DNA of 53,579 nt, from positions 1 through 53,579 of the forward strand of contig JBLMVJ010000020.1 in the NCBI GenBank assembly GCA_050255815.1, given 5' to 3'. This stretch comes from Candidatus Levyibacteriota bacterium. Lineage in GTDB: Bacteria > Patescibacteriota > Microgenomatia > Levybacterales > GWA1-39-11. Shown here one piece after another: positions 34,025 to 43,836 of this stretch. A program made the position numbers and the translations under genes. Below the pieces are notes generated by a model. It saw only the letters and a list, made by a program, of their open reading frames with translations, ran no database searches and was not told where the DNA came from. Position 1 is the first letter of the stretch. Every line of letters begins with the position of its first letter.

Positions 34025-34498
34025 ATGATTACTTTCATGAAAGTAAAGGATGTACTACATACAGAGGTGGATTATGTTTATCCTAACGCCACCGTGTTAG
34101 AAGCGGCCAGGTTGATTTTTGGCAGGCATCATTTGGGGCTACCCGTAGTGGACCCGCTGAATAAACGGCTTATTGGTTTTGTAACAGACCAGGATATTCT
34201 TTACCAGCTTTTTCCTACCAGCAGGGAACTTTTTGAAGATTACGTGCATGAACGGAAATTTGAGCAGATGGAAAATAAGATTAAGTATATTCTGGAGAAA
34301 AAAGTTGGGGAGATTATGAATACCCACATCTATTCCGTAACTATGGATGAGCCGCTGTTAAAAGCAGAATCCTTAATGAAAGTGCATGATATTAGCAGGC
34401 TTCCGGTGGTAGATGAAGACCGTCATTTAGTAGGGATTCTGTCAAAGGGTGATATTTTCCGGCTGTTAGTCAGTAGGAAGCTGCGCGGCTTTGTCTAA
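34025..34498 (+). CDS. CBS-domain pair protein
   Basis: 157 aa. Two CBS repeats (GLPVVDPLNKRLIGFVTDQDIL and ISRLPVVDEDRHLVGILSKGDIF). Confidence 0.8.
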   Translation: MITFMKVKDVLHTEVDYVYPNATVLEAARLIFGRHHLGLPVVDPLNKRLIGFVTDQDILYQLFPTSRELFEDYVHERKFEQMENKIKYILEKKVGEIMNTHIYSVTMDEPLLKAESLMKVHDISRLPVVDEDRHLVGILSKGDIFRLLVSRKLRGFV

Positions 34499-34509
34499 AA
34501 GAAGTGTAA

Positions 34510-35718
34510 TTAGTCCAGGAAGGTGAGGGCAAATCCTTTTTTGCCTGCCCGTCCGGTTCTTCCTATCCTATGGATATAATCTTCATGGGTTTCTGGCTGG
34601 TCGTAATTGATAACATGAGTGACATCATCAATATCAAGTCCACGGGAAGCCACATCAGTAGCAATTAGTATTTGTGCATGGTTATTCCTAAACTGGTCCA
34701 GTGCGTGCTGCCGCTGGTTTTGTGATTTGTTACCGTGTATTGCAACTGCTTTAAATCCGCGTTCCACTAATACTTTTGATAATTTTTCCATCCCCCATTT
34801 AGTCCGCCCAAAAACAATAACTTTATCAAACCCGGGAGTTATGAGCAGGTCGTGCAAAATATCAATTTTATTTTTCCCGTTTGTCACCTTTACCACGCCC
34901 TGTTCTATATTAACTGTAAGCTCTTTTTTTACGGAAACAGTAACCGGATCCTTCACAAAACCTTGGAGGATATCCCTGGTTTTTTGGTCAACCGTTGCTG
35001 AGAAAAATAATGATTGGCGTGTTTTTGGCAAAAGGGACACTATAAATTTAATTTCATGGATAAAGCCTATATCTACCATACGGTCTACTTCATCCAACAC
35101 CACATTTTGGAAAAGGTTTGGTTCTAATTCCCTTCTTTGGATAAGATCTTTTAACCTTCCCGGTGTTCCTATGACAAAATGAGGCTTATGTCTCAGACCG
35201 TAAGCCTGGCGCCTGATATTTGTTCCCCCAATTGCAGCTACTACTTCCAGATCCATTCCTTTTGCAAAGATTTGGAATTCATCCTTAATTTGTATTGCAA
35301 GTTCACGGGTAGGAACTACAATTAAGGTCCTCTGAGCGCGGTCCGTATAAGATTTGTTAATAAGGGTTATGAGAAACGCTGCTGTTTTTCCGCTTCCTGT
35401 CTGGGCCATTCCTATAAGGTCACGACCGTTTAAAATCTCGGGAATAGCCTGCTCCTGAATAGGAGTAGGATGCGTATACCCGTGTTCAGAGATATTTCTT
35501 TTTAGTTTATCCGCTATAGAATATTCTGAAAAAAGAACGCTGGAAACAGAAGGTTTCATTTCCGTGTTTACCTCTTCTGCCTTTTTTATAAACAGAGCAG
35601 GGTCAAGTTTATTAATCCGTCTGGGATGGGTACTTTTTGACCTACCGGCATAGGAATTATTCCCATACCGCGGGTTATGGTTTCTTTGGTTAGAATGGAA
35701 CATATGTTTATCTGGCAA
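34510..35718 (-). CDS. DEAD-box ATP-dependent RNA helicase
   Basis: Q motif (GYTHPTPIQ), AQTGSGKTAAF, PTRELA, VLDEVDRM (DEVD variant), SAT, and HRIGRTGRAG. Confidence 0.9.
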   Translation of the reverse strand: MPDKHMFHSNQRNHNPRYGNNSYAGRSKSTHPRRINKLDPALFIKKAEEVNTEMKPSVSSVLFSEYSIADKLKRNISEHGYTHPTPIQEQAIPEILNGRDLIGMAQTGSGKTAAFLITLINKSYTDRAQRTLIVVPTRELAIQIKDEFQIFAKGMDLEVVAAIGGTNIRRQAYGLRHKPHFVIGTPGRLKDLIQRRELEPNLFQNVVLDEVDRMVDIGFIHEIKFIVSLLPKTRQSLFFSATVDQKTRDILQGFVKDPVTVSVKKELTVNIEQGVVKVTNGKNKIDILHDLLITPGFDKVIVFGRTKWGMEKLSKVLVERGFKAVAIHGNKSQNQRQHALDQFRNNHAQILIATDVASRGLDIDDVTHVINYDQPETHEDYIHRIGRTGRAGKKGFALTFLD

Positions 35719-35965
35719 TCTGAGGTTTTGCCTCTTTTACTGCTATGCTGCGTCCTGCTATTTGAGTACCGTTCAGTTGGTTAAGTGCCAGTTTTGCAAG
35801 ATCTTCAGTTTCCATCTCTACAAATCCAAACCCTTTTCCCTGCCCGGTCATTCTATCTACAATAACTTTAGCTGAAAGGACTTTTCCAATTTTTGAAAAA
35901 TGTTCTTCTAGCTGTGCGTCAGTTGTGCTGTAATCTAGGCTTCCTATAAATAATTTATTTGTCAT
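35708..35965 (-). CDS. RRM-type RNA-binding protein
   Basis: 85 aa. RNP-2 KLFIGSL and RNP-1 KGFGFVEM. AAAGGAGGAA Shine-Dalgarno upstream. Overlaps the helicase start by 11 nt. Confidence 0.85.
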   Translation of the reverse strand: MTNKLFIGSLDYSTTDAQLEEHFSKIGKVLSAKVIVDRMTGQGKGFGFVEMETEDLAKLALNQLNGTQIAGRSIAVKEAKPQIAR

Positions 35966-36230
35966 GCGTTCCTCCTTTCTTTAGGATTTCATGCGTGTGT
36001 ACGCAAAAACTTCTGCTCAAAATGAAGTGGGTCTTTTATATATGAAGATACAAAGTGGAATAGTGAGGTATCTTTATCTTTATTAAAAAACTAAATCTTC
36101 TTAAGCAGATGTTTCTGTGTACATCTGCACTGAAGACATTATAGCATAGTTGATTTCTAATGTCCAGTACACTATAGGATTATGCCTGAATAGCCCTGAT
36201 AAGCGGAAAACTTGACGTGAAACGTTAATT

Positions 36231-36968
36231 GTGAAAATATATAAGGGTATGGCTGCTGCTGCAGAAGTGTCTGCAAGAAGAGGCTTGGTTGAAGTAATCA
36301 GACCTCAGCATGAGGAAGTCTGGCAAATTTTACGGGATAATATCCGTCTTCATTTTATCCGCAACACCTATAACCCTTTAAATTTAGAGACGTATGATAT
36401 GAACGCTCCGGCCCTGCGTCCGGAGGATGGAATAGGAGGGTTGGGAAATGCCCCCATGGCAGTTAAATTTTGGGAAGTTTTCAAAGCGGGAGGAGAAGGT
36501 ATAAAAGACCACTCTATGCCGGGTGGGCCTAAATTCCAAAACCGGGAAGTATTTTCTTCCCGTCCGTATGATATCCAGTTTCATGAGGATAGAGGGGATG
36601 TGGCAGTGAAATTTCTCCAGTACCAGAAGCCGGATGAATCTTTAGAGCATAGTACGCGGATGCTTTATCAGGGACGCAGCCATGACGGGTGGACTGGCCA
36701 TGAAGTAAAAAGTATTGTGACGGTACATTGGCTGGAAGGAATAGGTCCTGTGATAGAGCCTACATACCGCAATAGAAATAATTCTTTTGAAGAAGAATGT
36801 ATTCGTGCAGAACAAATACTTGCAGATCCTGCACAGAAGGAGGAGATAGATAAGTTTGTAGCGGCTACCAGGGTAGAGGTGGGGAGAATAGTGAAGGATA
36901 CCAGAAGAAGAAAGTCACATGCAAAGGAGCATTTTACAATAATCGGGCCTTCCCATAAAGCCGCATAA
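36231..36968 (+). CDS. Hypothetical 245-aa cytoplasmic protein (orphan by eye)
   Basis: Intact ORF with protein-like composition and no recognised motif. Possible start at ATG 36249 instead of GTG 36231. Confidence 0.55.
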   Translation: MKIYKGMAAAAEVSARRGLVEVIRPQHEEVWQILRDNIRLHFIRNTYNPLNLETYDMNAPALRPEDGIGGLGNAPMAVKFWEVFKAGGEGIKDHSMPGGPKFQNREVFSSRPYDIQFHEDRGDVAVKFLQYQKPDESLEHSTRMLYQGRSHDGWTGHEVKSIVTVHWLEGIGPVIEPTYRNRNNSFEEECIRAEQILADPAQKEEIDKFVAATRVEVGRIVKDTRRRKSHAKEHFTIIGPSHKAA

Positions 36969-36972
36969 CATT

Positions 36973-37548
36973 TTATTTAAAGGTAAAACCTCTTGAGTTG
37001 CCAAACGTGATAAATCCGTCTATGTCTAGTGCTGTTTTGTAAATTTTTGCCGTAGTAAAATCAGCGCCGTTTATATCAGCTCCGGTTAAATCTGCCTCTG
37101 ATAAATTGCATTTGTTAAACACTACATTTTCCAAATTTGCCTTTTGAAAGTTAACTTTTCTTAGGTCACATAGGGTAAAGATGCTTTCTGATAAATCACT
37201 TTCTTCAAAAATGGAATCAGATAGCGAAAAGCTCTTGGAAATATTTTTACTTCCTGCTTTTAACTCTTGGAACACAGAGTTTTTGAGGATGGATTTTGTG
37301 AAGTTGCATTTTTTAATCTCTGCCTCTGTCCAATCAATATTACTGAGATTTGAGTTAGGGAAAAAGCAGCCGGAGAAAGAGGTAATGTCAAAGACACTGG
37401 ATGAAAGAATACACTCTTCAAATACGCATTTGGTAAAAGAAGTAAACCGCAGATTAGCACCTATAAATTTACAATGAGAAAACTGGCAATCCGTAAACTC
37501 CTGCCCCCTTAGTTCATCACCCGTAAATACCTCATTTTTATATTTCAT
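36973..37548 (-). CDS. Pentapeptide-repeat protein
   Basis: 191 aa, nearly all A(D/N)LxF-type quintets (ANLRFTSFTKCVFEECILSSSVFDITSFSGCFFPNSNLSN..., ANLENVVFNKCNLSEADLTGADINGADF). Confidence 0.8.
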   Translation of the reverse strand: MKYKNEVFTGDELRGQEFTDCQFSHCKFIGANLRFTSFTKCVFEECILSSSVFDITSFSGCFFPNSNLSNIDWTEAEIKKCNFTKSILKNSVFQELKAGSKNISKSFSLSDSIFEESDLSESIFTLCDLRKVNFQKANLENVVFNKCNLSEADLTGADINGADFTTAKIYKTALDIDGFITFGNSRGFTFK

Positions 37549-37569
37549 ACGGTAATTATTTAATTCCGT

Positions 37570-38919
37570 CTACATACGGTACATTTTTTTTGAAAATTCC
37601 AGGATGCGGGGGTCTACCATAACATCATTCGGGAAAATTTTCTTAGTGACCACCATTCCATTTAGGGTCCTGCAGCGGCTCAGTGCTACGTATGTTTGGC
37701 CGTGAGTAAAGGGAGATTTAGAAAAATCTATGTTAACTTTATTAAACGTCATCCCCTGGCTCTTGTGGATGGTAATTGCCCAGGCAAGTTTCAGGGGGTA
37801 TTGCCTGAGCTTTCCTAGGGTTACCGGAATAACTGTTTGGGTTTCATCATCAAATTCATATTTTATGTTTTCCCATTCTTCCACGGGTACGGTTACTATT
37901 TCATGGAAACCTTCTTCATCCAGCTTTACCTCAATCTTATGTTCATCTAGTTTGTGCACCACTCCTGACGTTCCGTTTACCCAGCGTCTGCCTTTATCAT
38001 TTTTTATAAAAATAATCCTGGCGCCCTTTTTTAATTTCAGCTCTATCTCTACAGGCAGGCTCCGGTCTTCTGTGGGAAAATTCCCTTCAACTTCTGCCTT
38101 ATAGATAAATAACGGCTCATTTATTTTAGTAAGTTCTGAATCATTGATCCCCATAACTACGCTGTTTGTTGTGGCAAGCGTTGTAAATTCCCGGCGTATT
38201 TTTTCATATCCTCCGGTAACAACACGCTGGTTCACTAGTTCTAGGTGAGAAGTGCCGGCTTCCCCTATTCGTATCTTATTTAAAAGTGAAATGTACTGCT
38301 CATCTTTTTGCCTGAAGATTTGGGTGAGTTCTATAACAGTAAAAGACCCGGAGGAAAAAGCGTCAGAGCTGAAAAAATAAGGGGATTCATAGAACTCTTC
38401 AAATACGCGGGTTTCTTCACGGGTAACAATAGGCGGGAGTTGGTACAGGTCTCCTACCGTAATAATTTGGACGCCGCCAAAAGGAAGTGTCCTGTCTTTT
38501 CCGTTCAGCCGCAGAAATTTGTCTAGATGGTCAAATACATCTGAGCGTACCATAGATATTTCGTCTATGACTATGGCGTCCAGGTCTTTATAGATGCGCA
38601 GGTTAGAGTGGCGCGCAGGTGTGTGAGGGTCCAGAAAGCGGGGAGGCAGATGGAAAAAGGAATGGATAGTTTGTCCTTTTACGTTTATTGCCGCAAGACC
38701 GGTAGGTGCTAAAACTACTATTTTTTTCTTGGTATGGTTTCTGAAGTATTCTATAAGCGTGGATTTGCCGGTACCCGCCTTACCGGTAATAAACAGGTTG
38801 AGATTTGTGTTCTCCATGCTGTCAAAACAATCCTGAAATTCCGGGGTAAACTGAAAGGCTTCATGTCCGGAGGAGACTAAATTCTTTACTTTTTTGATTG
38901 TTTTTCCAAGCGTTCCCAT
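37570..38919 (-). CDS. PIF1/RecD-like SF1B ATP-dependent DNA helicase
   Basis: Walker A GKAGTGKST, APTGLAAINVKGQTIHSFF, IVIDEISMV, GDLYQLPPI, ITIHKSQGMTF and YVALSRCRTL. Start taken at ATG 38919. Confidence 0.8.
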   Translation of the reverse strand: MGTLGKTIKKVKNLVSSGHEAFQFTPEFQDCFDSMENTNLNLFITGKAGTGKSTLIEYFRNHTKKKIVVLAPTGLAAINVKGQTIHSFFHLPPRFLDPHTPARHSNLRIYKDLDAIVIDEISMVRSDVFDHLDKFLRLNGKDRTLPFGGVQIITVGDLYQLPPIVTREETRVFEEFYESPYFFSSDAFSSGSFTVIELTQIFRQKDEQYISLLNKIRIGEAGTSHLELVNQRVVTGGYEKIRREFTTLATTNSVVMGINDSELTKINEPLFIYKAEVEGNFPTEDRSLPVEIELKLKKGARIIFIKNDKGRRWVNGTSGVVHKLDEHKIEVKLDEEGFHEIVTVPVEEWENIKYEFDDETQTVIPVTLGKLRQYPLKLAWAITIHKSQGMTFNKVNIDFSKSPFTHGQTYVALSRCRTLNGMVVTKKIFPNDVMVDPRILEFSKKMYRM

Positions 38920-39042
38920 GTATAGAAAATACAAGTATACCACTATGCAAGGGTTGGTTTGTAGGTCTTAAGTGTGGGCCTGAGTAGTCAGGAGTTTTGC
39001 TGGTTGATTGTAATTTCAATAGCCATGGAAACTCAAGACCTG

Positions 39043-40767
39043 TCAACCAAACGTGAAGGTGAATACTTGAATTCCTGGCGACTGAAACTGAAGCCTTAAC
39101 GTGTGATTTTCTGTTTTCCCATGCAAATCAACTATGTGGTAAAGCCTGTCTGAGTCAACTGTAATAATGCCGTTTTTTACATCTTTTCCGGAAACAGAGG
39201 GAGCTATAACTTTTCCATCCACATATACTTTTACAGTCTGGAGATTTGAATTGCTTCCTGGCCTCAAAATAATATATACATTGCTCGCAATAAAGTTATA
39301 ATTGAGGGAAGCATTTTCCCCAGCAGTTGCAGATTCATTAGATATATTCCATTGTCCTCCATAGCTAAAAGCATTCAACGGGATATTTTCAGAAAGTGCA
39401 AATGTTTCTACTCCGTTAGGAAGCGATCCTGAAGGATAGTAATATTGCATTCGCGCTGATCCCAGGTATGTTTCCGGGGATATTCTCCCAGCTGGGGTTT
39501 GGTCTTGTGTTGGTACAAAAGATGTGTCGACTTTTTTGCCAGTCTCTTTCAGGAGGACCTGGATTGTTTTTTCAGTCTGGTCATATTCCCCTTCCCCAAA
39601 ATGGGTCCTTCTGATATTTCCATTCACATCAATAAGGTACTCAGCCGGCCAGTACTCATTGTTATAATTATTCCATGTAGAATAATTGTTATCCTGGGCA
39701 ACCGGGTATAAGATCTTATACATCTTTATTGCTTGTTCCACATTCGTGGTTTCATGTTCAAATTGAAATTCAGGCGTATGGATTCCAACAACTACAAACC
39801 CCTGGTTTTTGTACTTGTTATACCAGGAAGTAGTAAAGGGAAGGGTCCTAATACAGTTGATGCAGGTGTATGTCCAAAAATCTACCAATACCACTTTCCC
39901 TTTTAAATCCTTGATAGATATTGGTTTATCAGTATTGAGCCAATGTGTTATTCCAAGAAAGTCCGGCGCAGGCGTATCTGCATTAAATAAGTCATTTATA
40001 TTAATATTATTTGTATTTATAGTGTTTCCTTTTAGTAGGGCAAGCTGGTTTTTTACTGCTTTATTATTTTCCAGATTTATAAGATTAATCCCATATGAAG
40101 TGTTAGCAATAAATGATTCAAAATTTGTATCCAGATGAAAGAAAATTCCTATAGCGAAGAACGCCATTATCACGCCAAATCCTTTTTGTACATTTCCTGT
40201 ATTTGACCGGAGACTTGGTATTTTACGAAACAAACCTTCTCCGCCAACCATGATGAGAAACATAGGAATACCAGAGCCTACAGCATAAAAAAGAGTAATC
40301 AGCAGTGTTTCTGTAGTTACCTTGCTGGTTGCAGCAAGTGCAATAACTGAAGCCATAATTGGGCCAACACAGGGGGCCCAGATAATGCCAATAGATAGCC
40401 CTATGAAAACTCCGCCAAAAAATCCAGTATTAGGTTTTGCTGTTGGGGCAAAGGCAGAAAGCTTTGTAAATAGCTGTTCCATAAGGACCTGAAATTTAGG
40501 AACAAACAGGCTAGTTCCAAAAGTGAGAAGGATGATTGCTGCAACTATTCTCAGCGCATCAGCCGGTATTCCTGTGAGTTGTATTATTTTTGTTAGAAAA
40601 AGTGTGAAGAAAGTGAAGCTTACAATAAATCCAACTATTATACCAAGGGGTTTTCTTTTTCCTCTCCCCACTGATCCTGAAAGAACAATAGGAAGTATTG
40701 GCAAAATGCATGGTGATAGTATTGTTACTATTCCTGCAAGAAACGCAAATCCCAAAAGTAAAATCAT
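39043..40767 (-). CDS. DipZ-like thiol:disulfide interchange protein (CcdA/DsbD membrane domain, thioredoxin-like domain and C-terminal beta-sandwich)
   Basis: LSPCILPILPIVL and WAPCVGPI (DsbD-type Cys pairs), DFWTYTCINCIRTLP (CxxC redoxin), and a C-terminal ...LRLQFQSPGIQVFTFTFG. Confidence 0.85.
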   Translation of the reverse strand: MILLLGFAFLAGIVTILSPCILPILPIVLSGSVGRGKRKPLGIIVGFIVSFTFFTLFLTKIIQLTGIPADALRIVAAIILLTFGTSLFVPKFQVLMEQLFTKLSAFAPTAKPNTGFFGGVFIGLSIGIIWAPCVGPIMASVIALAATSKVTTETLLITLFYAVGSGIPMFLIMVGGEGLFRKIPSLRSNTGNVQKGFGVIMAFFAIGIFFHLDTNFESFIANTSYGINLINLENNKAVKNQLALLKGNTINTNNININDLFNADTPAPDFLGITHWLNTDKPISIKDLKGKVVLVDFWTYTCINCIRTLPFTTSWYNKYKNQGFVVVGIHTPEFQFEHETTNVEQAIKMYKILYPVAQDNNYSTWNNYNNEYWPAEYLIDVNGNIRRTHFGEGEYDQTEKTIQVLLKETGKKVDTSFVPTQDQTPAGRISPETYLGSARMQYYYPSGSLPNGVETFALSENIPLNAFSYGGQWNISNESATAGENASLNYNFIASNVYIILRPGSNSNLQTVKVYVDGKVIAPSVSGKDVKNGIITVDSDRLYHIVDLHGKTENHTLRLQFQSPGIQVFTFTFG

Positions 40768-40768
40768 A

Positions 40769-40870
40769 TTATTCCTTTAATAACGTTTGAATTGCTAATT
40801 CAGTTTTATCATACTCGCCTTCACCAAAATATGTTCTTCGGACATCACCCTCTGAAATCGGGTTTAAGTA
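40769..40870 (-). pseudogene. Start-less fragment of a thioredoxin-like (TlpA/DipZ-type) paralogue
   Basis: Hand translation YLNPISEGDVRRTYFGEGEYDKTELAIQTLLKE* aligns with DipZ YLIDVNGNIRRTHFGEGEYDQTEKTIQVLLKE. Bounded upstream by an in-frame TAA (40871-73). Its stop lies 1 nt before the dipZ ATG. Confidence 0.6.
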
Positions 40871-40874
40871 TTAA

Positions 40875-43514
40875 CTAGTGAACATGGTGTAAAAAAAGTT
40901 TTGTCCTATTATTAATTATCTTTTGAACGTCAAACATAATAACAATGGTTAAGGCTGCACCTATTGCGATTAACCAACTTTCATGACCAAGAGCTGTTGT
41001 TTCAAAAACTTCTCTAAGAGGTGTATAAATAATACTTAGTGTTGCTAGAATTGAAAGTAATGATGCCCAAAAGAGATATTTATTTACCAGTAAACCTCTA
41101 TTTAATACGCAATATCTGAATGATCTAAAGTTATAAGCATTTGCAATCTGTACAAATATCATACTAACTAAAATAGTTGTTCTTGCAACCTCTGGTGGAA
41201 ACCTTAAAATATTAAAAGAAAGGTATGAAACGCAAAATGCAATTATTCCCATCGTTACTCCGTTTAAAATGAGAAGATTGAAGAATTCTCCAGTTAAAAT
41301 TTGTGCATTTTTCCGGGGCCTTTCCTGCATGATATCTTTTGATGTTTTATTAAATCCTAGTGTTATTGCTGGCATATCATCAGTCACAATATTCATAAAA
41401 AGGATTTGCAGTGCAGTAAGAATTGGCGTGTACCATCCCAAATATGGCGCGACTATCATACCAGTAAATAAGATATAAATATCAGAAAAATTACAGGCAA
41501 GCTGATATGTCACAAATTTACGGATATTATTGAAAATTGTTCGTCCTTCCTTAATTGCAATAACAATTGTTGCGAAATTATCGTCTTTTAGCGTAATGTC
41601 TGCTACCGAACGAGAGACGTCAGTCCCGTTTATACCCATTGCAACTCCAATATGCGCCTCCTTTAAAGCCGGCGCGTCGTTAACACCATCGCCAGTCATT
41701 GTCACAATTTCATTGTTGGCCTTTAACGCCTTCACGATACGAAGTTTATCTTCGGGTTGCACCCTCGCAAAAATCGCTATTTTGCCAACATTATTTATAA
41801 GTTCTTCATCGGACAAATCTTTTAGTTCTAGTCCTGTTAGGATATCACCTGTGATACCTATCTCATTGGCTATTGCTTGGGCTGTCGCTTTGTCGTCGCC
41901 CGTTATCATTTTTACTTTAATACCGCTTTGTTTACAAAGAGCAATAGCTTCGGCTACTTCTTCACGTGGCGGGTCTTCCATACCTACTATCCCCAGAAAT
42001 ATAAAAGAATCTTCTTTGTACGCAGCTTCCCCATTTAATTTGTATGCAAGTGCGATAGTACGAAAACCCTGAGAAGTGAGTTTTTTGTTAGCGTTTAGAA
42101 TGTCTTCTCGGTCACTTTCAGACAGGCGGTTTATTTCATTCCCTTCTTGCACTGAGATACATTGTTTAAGCAATATATCGGGTGCGCCTTTTGCATAAAC
42201 TATTTTTGCTGATGGAGCATCATAAAGGACTGACATCATTTTTCGCTTTGAATCAAAGGGCATCTCTTCCTCCCTCCTATTGGGGAAATTCTCACGAAAT
42301 AAATTAAATTTTGCCCCTAAGATAAGGAGAGCTCCTTCTGTTGCCGACCCTATCACCTTATAAAAATCGTCACTCCCAGACCGTTCAATATTTGAGTCGT
42401 TACAAATGACGGCACACTGCAATAATTTTTGGACAGACTCATTATTTGGAAGAGATATTTGCTTGCCGTTGTGGAAAATGGATCCTTTGGCTTCAAAACC
42501 CACGCCTCCAATATCAAAAATCGTTCCGTTCGTGAGAATCTTGCGAACCGTCATTTCGCCTTTTGTTAGCGTCCCAGTTTTATCCGAACAAATTACCGAT
42601 GTTTCCCCTAATGTTTCAATAATGGACATACGATTAACAATCGCATTTTGTTTGGCCATTCGGTTGACCCCGTAGGCAAGAGTAGCAGTTAATACAACCG
42701 GAAAACCTTCCGGAAAAGAAGAAACTGCGAGTGCGATTACAACAATAAGAATACTTATGCTTAACTCAAACGTCACAGTTTCAGCCCGGTAGAACAACAC
42801 AATACCCGTAATTATTGCCGCAGCAATCCCAATGCCCACCATATATTTAGAAACTGTGTTCACTTTTTCTTGGAGCGGAAGCTTTTTTTCTGCAGAAGAT
42901 ATCATGCTTGCAATATGTCCAAATTTGGTTTTCATGCCAGTTTGTATTACCTGAGCTACACACCTACCGCTTACGACGAAAGATCCCATATAAAGAACGT
43001 TCTCATTTGAGTATGACGTATGTGAGAACGTTTCGGTTTTTACAATATCTTCAGGTTCACCCGTAAGGATAGACTCATTGGTCTTAAGATTACTTGCCTC
43101 AAGAACAATACAGTCTGCCGGAATTTTTTCACCCGTTCTTAGAACTATATAGTCCCCCGGAACCAATTCTTTTGATGGAGTCTCATTTTCTTCCCCATCG
43201 CGAATAACTCGCGTAACAGGCATAATCATGTTGCGTAAAGAGCTCAATGCCTTTTCTGCTTTAAATTCCTGAATAAAGCCAGTCGTAATGACAATTGTGA
43301 CAACGACAAGAATAACGTATCCAGTAATTGCTTCGCCCAAAAAGAATGAAAGAATAGCAGTAATACCAAGAAGATAGATTACAAAATTCTTTTTAGCTTG
43401 TCTTATGAGAATTTGCAATGCCGATGTTTTATTCTTTTCTTGAATTTCATTAAAACCGAATTCTTTGAGTTTTTGTTGCGCTTCTTGTTGTGTTAGTCCC
43501 TTGAATTTTTTCAT
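40875..43514 (-). CDS. Cation-transporting P-type ATPase, P2A (Ca2+/PacL-SERCA-like)
   Basis: 879 aa. N-terminal LTQQEAQQKLKEFGFNE, TGEPE, CSDKTGTLTKGEM, MITGDDKATA and TGDGVNDAPALKEAHIGVAMG. Confidence 0.85.
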   Translation of the reverse strand: MKKFKGLTQQEAQQKLKEFGFNEIQEKNKTSALQILIRQAKKNFVIYLLGITAILSFFLGEAITGYVILVVVTIVITTGFIQEFKAEKALSSLRNMIMPVTRVIRDGEENETPSKELVPGDYIVLRTGEKIPADCIVLEASNLKTNESILTGEPEDIVKTETFSHTSYSNENVLYMGSFVVSGRCVAQVIQTGMKTKFGHIASMISSAEKKLPLQEKVNTVSKYMVGIGIAAAIITGIVLFYRAETVTFELSISILIVVIALAVSSFPEGFPVVLTATLAYGVNRMAKQNAIVNRMSIIETLGETSVICSDKTGTLTKGEMTVRKILTNGTIFDIGGVGFEAKGSIFHNGKQISLPNNESVQKLLQCAVICNDSNIERSGSDDFYKVIGSATEGALLILGAKFNLFRENFPNRREEEMPFDSKRKMMSVLYDAPSAKIVYAKGAPDILLKQCISVQEGNEINRLSESDREDILNANKKLTSQGFRTIALAYKLNGEAAYKEDSFIFLGIVGMEDPPREEVAEAIALCKQSGIKVKMITGDDKATAQAIANEIGITGDILTGLELKDLSDEELINNVGKIAIFARVQPEDKLRIVKALKANNEIVTMTGDGVNDAPALKEAHIGVAMGINGTDVSRSVADITLKDDNFATIVIAIKEGRTIFNNIRKFVTYQLACNFSDIYILFTGMIVAPYLGWYTPILTALQILFMNIVTDDMPAITLGFNKTSKDIMQERPRKNAQILTGEFFNLLILNGVTMGIIAFCVSYLSFNILRFPPEVARTTILVSMIFVQIANAYNFRSFRYCVLNRGLLVNKYLFWASLLSILATLSIIYTPLREVFETTALGHESWLIAIGAALTIVIMFDVQKIINNRTKLFLHHVH

Positions 43515-43669
43515 ACGTTCGAAATATAAAAAAGTATGCTATTTAACTATAGCAAATGCTTCTAAAGTGTGTAAATTAGTTTTGAACTTGGGGATAAAAG
43601 AGATGCGATTTTGAGCTTAGAAGTATATAAGAGTAGTGCATGCAATTCTGTAGCTTTAGCGAAAGATTG

Positions 43670-43740
43670 CTGCTGTGCAGGGATTCGAACCCCAATAAAC
43701 GGATCCAGATTCCGTTGTCCTACCATTAGACGACACAGCA
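43670..43740 (-). tRNA. tRNA-Gln (anticodon CUG)
   Basis: Hand-folded cloverleaf. Acceptor TGCTGTG/CACAGCA (U1-A72, G73 discriminator as in bacterial tRNA-Gln). D arm GTCT-AATGGTA-GGAC. Anticodon arm ACGGA-AT CTG GA-TCCGT. T arm with a TTCGAAT loop. No encoded CCA. Confidence 0.8.
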
Positions 43741-43836
43741 TTGACTCGAACTATTGGAGAAGCACGAGGTCTACATATTTTACTAAATTGGAGCTGGAAT
43801 ATCCATGCATGAGGGGAAGAGAGGTTGAAAGAATCC

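Noticed and set aside
40875-43740. Calling the ATPase-tRNA segment a bona fide genomic island
   Set aside because: No integrase, no repeat of the tRNA 3' end and no composition shift visible by eye. Only the truncated redoxin remnant supports a rearrangement, so it is reported as a hypothesis.
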